Source: a virus
IMG/VR virus record: IMGVR_UViG_3300025598_000023
Coordinates: 32,001-96,000 of that record
Direction: 5' to 3' (one strand)
Length of the DNA stretch: 64,000 nucleotides
Shown: in pieces, positions 30,360-39,228 of the stretch
Numbering within the stretch: the stretch's first letter is position 1
How the letters are laid out: the number at the start of each line of letters is the position of its first letter
Made by a program: the position numbers and the translations under genes
The notes under the pieces: generated by a model
Seen by the model: only the letters and a program-made list of their open reading frames with translations
Told to the model about the DNA's origin: nothing
Databases searched by the model: none

Positions 30360-31764
30360 TGTCGCCACAGTAAATGTGGACAACACTCTTAAAAGTGATT
30401 TTTTATCTGCTGCTGAAAAGATGCAGTCAAAACTTGGTCATGCCCTTTGTCTTGCAAAGTGGCAACAAACTAGTTTGCATCTAACAACTGGTCATACAAA
30501 TAGTTGTTACCATCCACCACTACACAGGATTAATGTAGATGATCTCACCGATAACCCCAGTGCGCTACACAACACTGAATACAAAAAAGCGCAAAGACAG
30601 CGAATGTTACGTGGCGAACGTCCAGAAGAGTGCAGTTATTGTTGGCGAGTCGAAGCAACAGGAAACCTTAGTGATAGACACTACCGCAGTGGAGAGCCGT
30701 GGGCTGCCGATCATTACGATACAATTATTGCTAGCGACCCTAATACTTGGAATGTTAATCCTGCTTATGTAGAAGTTAATTTTAGCAATGTATGTAACTT
30801 ACAGTGCAGTTATTGCTCGCCACAATTTAGCAGTGCGTGGCAAAAGGAAATAAATGAGCACGGTGCTTATCCTACTTCTAACCTTCATAATAGTCCTACT
30901 TACTTTGGGGGTGATCGTAAACCTATACCGAATCGTGAAGTTAATCCTTATGTTGATGCGTTTTGGAGATGGTGGCCAGAACTCTACCCAAATCTAAAAC
31001 ATTTCCGTATGACAGGTGGTGAACCGTTGTTAGATAAAAACACATACCGTGTTTTTGATTATGTGTTAGATAATCCTAAAAAAGATTTGCATCTTAATGT
31101 CACTAGTAACTTTAGTCAAGATGAATATGTATTTGACAAATATCTAACTTACGTCAAACATATGTGTGGCAATGGTGTATTAGAACACTTTATGCAATTT
31201 GTTAGTATTGATGGTTATGGTGAACGTGGTGAATATGGTCGTCATGGTTTAGATTTTGAACTCATGAAAAGGAATGTAGAACGGTTTTTGACAGAAGTTC
31301 CTAGCCGCAATAGCGTGACATTTATTATTACAATGAATGTTTTAAATGTAACAAGCATACGTGAATTGCTGCAATGGATTACTGAATTGCGCAGCAAATA
31401 CAGCACGACCTATCAACGTATTTGGTTTGATACACCTATTTTGCGTGAACCAGCTTGGCAATGTATTGATATACTACCTGAAAGTTATGCTTGGTTTTTA
31501 CAGAACGTTGTTCATTGGATGCAACCACAAACTGAAACAGTAGATACTCGATTCAATGGATTTAAAGATTATGAAGTTGTGAAACTACAGCGTGTTGTAG
31601 ATTGGATGCACGAACATCGTCGTGAAGATAAAAAAACTATGGCAGACTTTTATCGCTTCTTTAATGAACATGATTCTCGTCGCAAAACTAATTTCTTAAA
31701 AATCTTTCCAGAAATGAGTGATTGGTATAACACTTGTAAATATTGGGCTGATAGCAATGTATAA
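30325..31764 (+). CDS. Radical SAM protein with N-terminal twitch domain (1)
   Basis: CLAKW..SCYHP..CSYCW, then CNLQCSYC and TGGEP. Confidence 0.9.
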   Translation: MSSKAQLDNSGDVATVNVDNTLKSDFLSAAEKMQSKLGHALCLAKWQQTSLHLTTGHTNSCYHPPLHRINVDDLTDNPSALHNTEYKKAQRQRMLRGERPEECSYCWRVEATGNLSDRHYRSGEPWAADHYDTIIASDPNTWNVNPAYVEVNFSNVCNLQCSYCSPQFSSAWQKEINEHGAYPTSNLHNSPTYFGGDRKPIPNREVNPYVDAFWRWWPELYPNLKHFRMTGGEPLLDKNTYRVFDYVLDNPKKDLHLNVTSNFSQDEYVFDKYLTYVKHMCGNGVLEHFMQFVSIDGYGERGEYGRHGLDFELMKRNVERFLTEVPSRNSVTFIITMNVLNVTSIRELLQWITELRSKYSTTYQRIWFDTPILREPAWQCIDILPESYAWFLQNVVHWMQPQTETVDTRFNGFKDYEVVKLQRVVDWMHEHRREDKKTMADFYRFFNEHDSRRKTNFLKIFPEMSDWYNTCKYWADSNV

Positions 31765-32785
31765 ATTTCCACTTTGGCATTGGCACATTGAAAATAGTAG
31801 TATTTGTAGCTTGCGTTGTCCTCGCTGCCCTCGCGCAGAAATTCCCGATACACTTGTTCAAACTAGTCTTGGTTTAGATTTTTTTAAGAAGAATTTTAAT
31901 CCAGAATTTATGCAAGACGTTTGGCAAATTAGTTTTTGTGGTGATGATGGAGACCCAATTTATGGTAAGGAATTTTTAGAAGTAGTTGAATATTTAAAAA
32001 CTACAAAACCTAATTTAAGTTTACGCATTGTTACTAATGGAAGTTTTAGGAACGAATCTTGGTGGAAAAAACTTTCTCATAACTTGAATCAATATGATGA
32101 AATTCATTTTAGTTTGGATGGATGGGATCAAGAAAGCAACGAAAAATACCGTGTCAATAGTGATTGGGATAGTATAACAACTGCTATAAAAACTGTCAGA
32201 GAAAATAGTAATATTATAATGACTTGGGCTGCAATTGCTTTTAAATTTAATCAGTATGATATTATTACTATGAAAGATTTAGCCGTTAAATGGAATTTTG
32301 ATATATTTCAACTTACCTACAGCACAAAGTTTGGTAGTAAGTATCCTAATTATAATACCGATGGAAAAGACGAGCTTGAACCAAATTCACAATTCATTGC
32401 AAAGGGACATAGGTTTAGTCGTGAAATAACGAATCTCACTGATAGAAAAATACTAGACAATGGTAAAAACCAAATAAATTTAGATTTATATCAAAACATT
32501 AATAATGTTAACGATATAATTCCACTTTGTAAGATTGGTAATAAAGGTCTTTATATTAGTAGTGAAGGATATTTTTATCCATGTTGTTGGATGGCAAATA
32601 GGTATAATCATACACGTTGGCAAGAGTTTCGTCAGCCACAATATAACTTGAACAAAAGAAACATAAGTGATATATTAGGCGATGAAATGTGGGACAATTT
32701 TTTTAATAATTTAAACAATTATGATGAATGTAAAAATAAATGCTGTTCACAAAATTTTAATGAGGGATATGCGACATCGTGGTAA
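31757..32785 (+). CDS. Radical SAM protein with C-terminal twitch/SPASM domain (2)
   Basis: CSLRCPRC, GDDGDP, TNGS, FSLDG; C-terminal PLC..GYFYPCCW..CKNKC; start moved to ATG 31757. Confidence 0.88.
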   Translation: MYKFPLWHWHIENSSICSLRCPRCPRAEIPDTLVQTSLGLDFFKKNFNPEFMQDVWQISFCGDDGDPIYGKEFLEVVEYLKTTKPNLSLRIVTNGSFRNESWWKKLSHNLNQYDEIHFSLDGWDQESNEKYRVNSDWDSITTAIKTVRENSNIIMTWAAIAFKFNQYDIITMKDLAVKWNFDIFQLTYSTKFGSKYPNYNTDGKDELEPNSQFIAKGHRFSREITNLTDRKILDNGKNQINLDLYQNINNVNDIIPLCKIGNKGLYISSEGYFYPCCWMANRYNHTRWQEFRQPQYNLNKRNISDILGDEMWDNFFNNLNNYDECKNKCCSQNFNEGYATSW

Positions 32786-34140
32786 GAAGCAAACGTCCAG
32801 ATGAATCTTTTTTAGAATATAAGCAGCGTATTCTTGATACTAAAAGTGCATCATTCTGTGGTGCTAAGTGGTATAATGCTACAATTTGGCTAGGTAGTGG
32901 GCAAACTACAAGCTGTCATCACCCACTGCCGCATCAAGTAAGTGTAGAACAAGTTTTGGCTAACCCTGCTGCATTGCATAATACTCCAGAAAAGAAACAA
33001 CAACGATTACAAATGCAAAAAGGTGAGCGTCCAAGTGGTTGCGAATATTGCTGGCGTATTGAAGATTCATCTCCTACTGCCATCAGTGACCGTCCTTATA
33101 AAAGCATGCTATATAGTGAAGAAGAACTAAACACTGCATTTAATACACTGTATAAATTAGATGTTAATCTTCGAACATTGGAGATAGCCTTTGACCGCAC
33201 TTGTAACTTTGCTTGCAGCTATTGCAATCCCGCTTTTAGCACTACTTGGGTTAAAGACATTAAAGTTAATGGACCATATACCAATCTGGTTAGTGATGGC
33301 CGCAATCATTTTACCCATCTACATGATAGTTCTCAGTTATATGGTTTCACTGACACTAATCCATATGTAGAAGCATTTTTTAAGTGGTGGGAAAGTGATC
33401 TACATAAGACACTACGTGAATTGCGTATTACTGGTGGCGAACCACTTATGAGTGGTCATACTTGGAAACTACTTGATTGGTTTAAATTAAATCGTGGCAA
33501 AAGTGAAACAAAACTAGCTATCAACAGCAATCTTGGCATGGATAATAAAAAGTTAAATGAATTTATTGAAGCTGTTCGTGATATTCCACACGTAGAAGTT
33601 TATACAAGCTGCGAGGCATTTGGTAGTGCAGCAGAATATATTCGTGATGGTTTAGATTATAACCAATGGTTTGATAATCTTGTTGCACTGCATAGCAGCG
33701 GTGTAGTTAAACAATTGCATGTTATGGCAACTATCAATGGTTTATGTTTGATGTCGCTTCCTAAATTCTTAAAACACATGATGGATTTTAAGATAGGACG
33801 AGGAAAAAGTTCTTTAACTTTTACGCTCAATATTTTACGTTTTCCTAGTTTCCAAAGTCCAACTGTTATGCCACACAATGTTCGTGAAAATTGTGCAGTT
33901 GAATTAGAAAAATTTTTAAATAGTTACGAACATAGTAATTATTTGCATCAAATGGAAATTGAACATATCAAAAGATTAATTGAATACCTTCGCAAAGTTG
34001 AAACACCTCACGAAGGTGCAAGTAATAAAAATGTGTTAGAAAAAGATTTTAAAAATTTTTATGAACAATATGATGTTCGTCGTAATAAAAATTTTATAAA
34101 AACATTTGCAGAATTGGAAAATTGGTATAGTGGCTTATAA
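32779..34140 (+). CDS. Radical SAM protein with N-terminal twitch domain (3)
   Basis: CGAKW..SCHHP..CEYCW; CNFACSYC; TGGEP. Confidence 0.9.
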   Translation: MVRSKRPDESFLEYKQRILDTKSASFCGAKWYNATIWLGSGQTTSCHHPLPHQVSVEQVLANPAALHNTPEKKQQRLQMQKGERPSGCEYCWRIEDSSPTAISDRPYKSMLYSEEELNTAFNTLYKLDVNLRTLEIAFDRTCNFACSYCNPAFSTTWVKDIKVNGPYTNLVSDGRNHFTHLHDSSQLYGFTDTNPYVEAFFKWWESDLHKTLRELRITGGEPLMSGHTWKLLDWFKLNRGKSETKLAINSNLGMDNKKLNEFIEAVRDIPHVEVYTSCEAFGSAAEYIRDGLDYNQWFDNLVALHSSGVVKQLHVMATINGLCLMSLPKFLKHMMDFKIGRGKSSLTFTLNILRFPSFQSPTVMPHNVRENCAVELEKFLNSYEHSNYLHQMEIEHIKRLIEYLRKVETPHEGASNKNVLEKDFKNFYEQYDVRRNKNFIKTFAELENWYSGL

Positions 34141-35419
34141 TTATAACGGTAAAGAACCAATCAAGATTGAAGTTGACCAATTAAGTAATAAGCACAAAGA
34201 GCTTATTTTTGAAAATAAAACATTTTGCATGTATCCGTGGATTCATCTACATGCCTTTCCAACTGGTGAAGCATATCCTTGTTGTAATACAGAGATGAGT
34301 GAAACTGTTGGTAATACACGTTATGATACTCTTGAAGAAATATGGCATAGCGCACCTATGCGTGATATTCGTAGTAAAATGCTTGCTGGTGAACATGTAA
34401 AAGGTTGCAACCGTTGTTATGAACAAGAACAAAACGGTTTCTTTAGTATGCGTATGAGTGCCAATAAACATTTTGGGCATCATATTACTTTAACTGACAA
34501 TCCTACACCACCAATGAAAATGATTTATTGGGATATCAGATTTTCTAACTTATGTAACTTAAAATGTCGTAGTTGTGGTCATATCTTTAGTAGTAACTGG
34601 TATGATGATCAGGTTAAGTTATTAGAATTAGAACAAGCTACTGCTGAAAGTTGGAAAACAAGAAATACAAGAATAAATTTTGCTGGAAAAACCGAAGATG
34701 ATATTTGGGAACAGCTAGAACCACAGATTGATAATCTTGAACAAGTATATTTTGCTGGTGGTGAACCACTTATTATGGAAGAACATTATCGTCTTCTCAA
34801 TGAACTGATTAAACGTGGTCGTAGTGATGTACGATTAATTTATAATACTAATTTTAGTCAGCTTACTTACAAGAAAACAAATGTGTTAGAATTGTGGCGT
34901 GAGTTTAATAGTGTCAGTGTTGGAGCAAGTCTTGATGCTATGGGTGCTCATGCTGAATATATTCGCAAAGGAACCAAGTGGTCGCAAGTTGAACAAAATC
35001 GTGAGCAAATGTTAAAGATTTGTCCTAATGTAGATTTTTACATAAGTCCTACCCTAAGCATTATGAACGCTCTGCACTTGCCTAAATTTCATCGTGAATG
35101 GGTGAATCGTGGCTTTTTAAAACCACAGGATTTAAATATTAATATACTACAAGACCCACCACATTATCGTATTGACGCATTGCCATTCCAGTATAAAGTA
35201 GATATACAAGAATTATATCTAGAGCATATTAAATGGTTAAAACCTCAAGATAAATTAACTCGTGCAACAATTGGTTTTGAAAGTGCAATTAACTTTATGA
35301 TGGCAGATGATAAATCAGATTTGTTGCCAAAATTTATTCAAAAAACCGCGCAACTAGATAAAATAAGAAATGAAAATATATTAGATGCAATTCCAGAGTT
35401 AGGGTATTTGTATGAATAA
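34130..35419 (+). CDS. Radical SAM protein with N-terminal twitch domain (4)
   Basis: CMYPW..PCC..CNRC; CNLKCRSC; AGGEP; YNTN; likely GTG start 34130. Confidence 0.9.
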   Translation: MAYNYNGKEPIKIEVDQLSNKHKELIFENKTFCMYPWIHLHAFPTGEAYPCCNTEMSETVGNTRYDTLEEIWHSAPMRDIRSKMLAGEHVKGCNRCYEQEQNGFFSMRMSANKHFGHHITLTDNPTPPMKMIYWDIRFSNLCNLKCRSCGHIFSSNWYDDQVKLLELEQATAESWKTRNTRINFAGKTEDDIWEQLEPQIDNLEQVYFAGGEPLIMEEHYRLLNELIKRGRSDVRLIYNTNFSQLTYKKTNVLELWREFNSVSVGASLDAMGAHAEYIRKGTKWSQVEQNREQMLKICPNVDFYISPTLSIMNALHLPKFHREWVNRGFLKPQDLNINILQDPPHYRIDALPFQYKVDIQELYLEHIKWLKPQDKLTRATIGFESAINFMMADDKSDLLPKFIQKTAQLDKIRNENILDAIPELGYLYE

Positions 35420-36611
35420 TATTTGTATATTGCCTTGGATTAGTATAGAAACAACACCACTTGGACAAATGCGAGTTTGTTGTTTAGCAAATGAAAATAT
35501 TAAAGATACGAATGGCAAAGATTTGCTCATTGAAAACACAACACTATCATCTGCTTTTGTAAGTGAATATATGAATGATCTTCGTAAGTCTTTTATAAAT
35601 GGTGAAAAACCATCTGTGTGCAATCGTTGTTGGAGCGAAGAAGAAAGTGGACGAACTAGTAAGCGACAAAATAGTTACAATCGTCTTGGTAATCTTGTAA
35701 AGCATATTGATTTTAGTAATCCAAATAGTGGTGATTTAATATTTCTTGATTTAAAATTAGGAAACATTTGTAATCTTAAATGCAGAATTTGTGGTAGTTT
35801 TAGTAGTTCAAAGTGGGCGCAAGAAGAAATAGAAATTAATAAAGAATATCTTACTGAATATCATAGACCAGCAAAAGAGTTCTTAAGACAAGGACAATGG
35901 CCTCGACAAGTTTCTGCTTTTTGGAATGATTTAGATGTTTTGCTGCCACACATCCGCTATTTGGAATTTACAGGTGGTGAACCATTTTTAATCACCGAAC
36001 ATTTTGACTTTTTGCGTCAAGCTATAAATCTTGGTGTTGCAAAAAATATTGAAATTCATTATAACACTAATGGAACACAGTTTCCTGAAGATGCAATAGA
36101 TATATGGAAACAATTTAAACTTGTAGAAATCGCACTTAGCATTGATGATATGGGTGCAAGATTTGAATATCAACGTTATGGTGCTAAGTGGGATATTGTT
36201 GAAAAAAATTTAAAAAACTTTAGAGACTTGCGAGATAAAAATAAGAATATTGTGCTACAATTATGTTTAACTGTAAACGCATTAAATTTTTATTATATAG
36301 ATGAAATATTAAATTGGGTTCCGCATCAAATGTTTAATTACCATTATCTTAATGTAGTTCATGATCCACCACATTTTTGTATTAAGAACCTTAATGATGA
36401 TGCAAAAGAAATGATAACAAGAAAAATTTCTCAAGCAAATATTCCATCTATATTTGTTGATGAAATTAAAAATTTATTGCAATTTATGAATAGTGGAACT
36501 GGCACAGATTGTTCATATCTGATACAAGTATTACGTGATAGTGATAAATTTCGCAAACAACATCTTGCAGATCATCATCCAGAGTTGGCGGCAGCGATTG
36601 GTTATGAATGA
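35412..36611 (+). CDS. Radical SAM protein with N-terminal twitch domain (5)
   Basis: CILPW..VCC..CNRC; CNLKCRIC; TGGEP; YNTNG. Confidence 0.9.
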   Translation: MNNICILPWISIETTPLGQMRVCCLANENIKDTNGKDLLIENTTLSSAFVSEYMNDLRKSFINGEKPSVCNRCWSEEESGRTSKRQNSYNRLGNLVKHIDFSNPNSGDLIFLDLKLGNICNLKCRICGSFSSSKWAQEEIEINKEYLTEYHRPAKEFLRQGQWPRQVSAFWNDLDVLLPHIRYLEFTGGEPFLITEHFDFLRQAINLGVAKNIEIHYNTNGTQFPEDAIDIWKQFKLVEIALSIDDMGARFEYQRYGAKWDIVEKNLKNFRDLRDKNKNIVLQLCLTVNALNFYYIDEILNWVPHQMFNYHYLNVVHDPPHFCIKNLNDDAKEMITRKISQANIPSIFVDEIKNLLQFMNSGTGTDCSYLIQVLRDSDKFRKQHLADHHPELAAAIGYE

Positions 36612-37908
36612 TTTTTGTGTAGCACCGTGGACACATACATATATCTCACCTCAAGGTGAACGCCGTTTATGCTGTGCATCACGTGAACCTGCACAGAACT
36701 TTAAACAATATATTGATACCGCTGGTGGTAATGGACAATTTAATCCGCTTACATTAAAGGAATGGTGGAATGGTGAACATATTAGGGAAATTAGAAAACA
36801 ATGGTTGTCTGGTGAAGTTCCTTCTGCATGTGAAGTCTGTGATAAGAAGTTACTTAATACCTCTGTTTATCGCGATTACTTTGGTCACTTGTTTGGTCAT
36901 ATTAGATCAGATATACAAGCTAATACTGATGCTGATGGTTATACAACTTTAGAACCAATCTCATGGGACTATCGTTATAGTAATGTATGCAACTTCAAAT
37001 GTCGCATGTGTGGCGATATGTTAAGCAGCGCGTGGGAAGTTGAAGTTCGCAAAAATTCTATGGTTGATTTGTCTAATCCAAAGAATTATTGGATGCAACC
37101 AAAGAACCGCCATGCTATCCGTGATTTTACTCGTGATGTTGTAATACCAGAATTTAAACAAGCCATTGAAAACAAAAGTGTGCGCGAAATTTACTGGGTA
37201 GGTGGCGAACCACTACTTTATGATGAGCACTGGACATTCATGCGCCGTATAATTGAATTGGGGTATGCAGATCAAGTTCGTGTGCGATATAATACTAATT
37301 TAAGTTATTGCAAAGATTCGCAAGGAACACTTTGGGATTTATTGCAACACTTTCCGCATTGGGAAATATGTGCAAGTTTAGATGGAACAGGAGCGATTGG
37401 TGAATATATTAGAACTGGCCTTGACTATGATATGTTTTTACAAAATTTTAGACACGGTGTTGAACAATCAAAACATCCTCGTCAGATGCGTATCGACTTT
37501 ACTCTTACTACCCCTGGGTTATTTGATTTGGAAAATATCATCGCTCTTGCTGATGAACTGAATGTTGAATTATTAAGTAAGGTAGTATTTGCTTTCTCGC
37601 CTGACATACTAATAAGCCCCTTGGCACTACCTAGAATGGTGCTAGAACCACTTTTAGATGGTATACAGAAGCGTATTAAACCGCTCATTACTCGTCGCAC
37701 ACAAAGTTTATGGGATGTTCTAGAACATCTTAAAACTCGTCCTACATTTGCAGAACAGTTTTCTGATACCTATAAACGTGAGGCAATTCGTGGTAAAACG
37801 CATCTTTTAAAATTGGAATCTATTCGCAAAGATGCTAAAATAAAAATGGAAGATATTCTATCAAGTGAACCAACTGTTCTATCATGGTGGAATTCTATTG
37901 GTGAATAA
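36604..37908 (+). CDS. Radical SAM protein with N-terminal twitch domain (6)
   Basis: CVAPW..LCC..CEVC; CNFKCRMC; VGGEP; start moved to ATG 36604. Confidence 0.9.
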   Translation: MNDFCVAPWTHTYISPQGERRLCCASREPAQNFKQYIDTAGGNGQFNPLTLKEWWNGEHIREIRKQWLSGEVPSACEVCDKKLLNTSVYRDYFGHLFGHIRSDIQANTDADGYTTLEPISWDYRYSNVCNFKCRMCGDMLSSAWEVEVRKNSMVDLSNPKNYWMQPKNRHAIRDFTRDVVIPEFKQAIENKSVREIYWVGGEPLLYDEHWTFMRRIIELGYADQVRVRYNTNLSYCKDSQGTLWDLLQHFPHWEICASLDGTGAIGEYIRTGLDYDMFLQNFRHGVEQSKHPRQMRIDFTLTTPGLFDLENIIALADELNVELLSKVVFAFSPDILISPLALPRMVLEPLLDGIQKRIKPLITRRTQSLWDVLEHLKTRPTFAEQFSDTYKREAIRGKTHLLKLESIRKDAKIKMEDILSSEPTVLSWWNSIGE

Positions 37909-38122
37909 CATGATAGAAGATTGTGGTAAGTGCTATGAATGTCTTAAAAGTAAAACGATTAAGATGCGTTTTAAAGATGATAGTTATTATGATATGCCTA
38001 TAGTTAATACTCGCATGATACTTTGCGTGGAATGTGGCAATAAGCGTTGCCCACATGCTACCGACCATCGTTTTACGTGCACTGGAAGTAATGAGCCAGG
38101 TCAAATAGGAAGCCGATACTAA
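37901..38122 (+). CDS. Small Cys-rich (zinc-finger-like) phage protein
   Basis: CGKCYEC..CVECGNKRCPHATDHRFTCTGSNEPGQ; start GTG 37901 or ATG 37910; TAATG coupling to next gene. Confidence 0.65.
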   Translation: MNNMIEDCGKCYECLKSKTIKMRFKDDSYYDMPIVNTRMILCVECGNKRCPHATDHRFTCTGSNEPGQIGSRY

Positions 38123-39228
38123 TGACTGTTATAATGACCCTTCGCAATCCTTTAAATAAAGAAGATTTATTGCCTGTAATTATTGAACCTAATGAAACAC
38201 AGTTAGCAGTAGATTGGATGGCTGCATTAAAAGTAGAACTACAGCGCAATAGTATTTTAGAAAAGAATTATTGTTGGCACGGTTGGCCAAATGGCGCAAG
38301 AAACCTAGAGTATCTTACTAGTGAATTAAGTCGTCATGCGTTAAACATTTGGAAGTATAATGAACTCGGCATATGGCAAAGTGCTGGTTTAGCTAATATA
38401 AAAATTGAAACTGTTTATACACCAGAAACAGTTATGTTGCCATTAACTGAAGTAAAAAACAGTGGTGGTCCAAATCATGATGTTATGAATATCGTGCATA
38501 ATTACTTTGAACATTTACAAGGCACGGTTGAAAATTTAAGTCCATATTACAAACTAGCTCCACCAAATATCAAATATAGTATAAGACAACTAAACAATCT
38601 TTGCCATGAAATTGAAACACTATGTTTAAGTTTGCGAAAGCAGAAACATAATCCAGATTGGGTTCGTCCAAGCCAAATAACAACATTTCTGAATACCGTT
38701 CGTTATAATTTAACAGATGAACATCGCAATGGGTTTATAACTAATGGTTATGACCGTAAATTTGCTCATGTTTATATGCATTGGACACAAATTGGTAAAA
38801 CGCTAATGGAGGTATTCCGTGATGAAGGTGCTCCCATTTTAGATCAAGCTACATGCGATGCCATCACACATTTGCAATATTACAGTGGAGAGTTTGATAT
38901 TGAGTGGGGTCGTGATGTTTGTTATGGAAAACATGATTGGCATACACGCGAGATTGATGCTTTTAATAAATGGTTGCGGCGTGAAGGTTACAATCCAACT
39001 GATACATCACTAAGTCTTGGTTATCTGGAACTTGGTTCTATAAATTTAGAAAAAAGTTTTGGAACAACTGATATTACAAAGATTTGGGATATAATGGGTA
39101 ACTATCTTGACATATATAGTCTTGAAGTTGATGGACAAACCGCTGTTTACGATTACATTTGGAGTGATGAAGATCACGAACAACGCCAAATTAATTATTT
39201 GATGCCTGGTTACAATAGTCATGTTTGA
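38122..39228 (+). CDS. Hypothetical protein (368 aa) in modification operon
   Basis: Long coupled ORF with His/acidic motifs (HNYFEH, NNLCHEIE, HVYMHW); family not recognised. Confidence 0.75.
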   Translation: MTVIMTLRNPLNKEDLLPVIIEPNETQLAVDWMAALKVELQRNSILEKNYCWHGWPNGARNLEYLTSELSRHALNIWKYNELGIWQSAGLANIKIETVYTPETVMLPLTEVKNSGGPNHDVMNIVHNYFEHLQGTVENLSPYYKLAPPNIKYSIRQLNNLCHEIETLCLSLRKQKHNPDWVRPSQITTFLNTVRYNLTDEHRNGFITNGYDRKFAHVYMHWTQIGKTLMEVFRDEGAPILDQATCDAITHLQYYSGEFDIEWGRDVCYGKHDWHTREIDAFNKWLRREGYNPTDTSLSLGYLELGSINLEKSFGTTDITKIWDIMGNYLDIYSLEVDGQTAVYDYIWSDEDHEQRQINYLMPGYNSHV

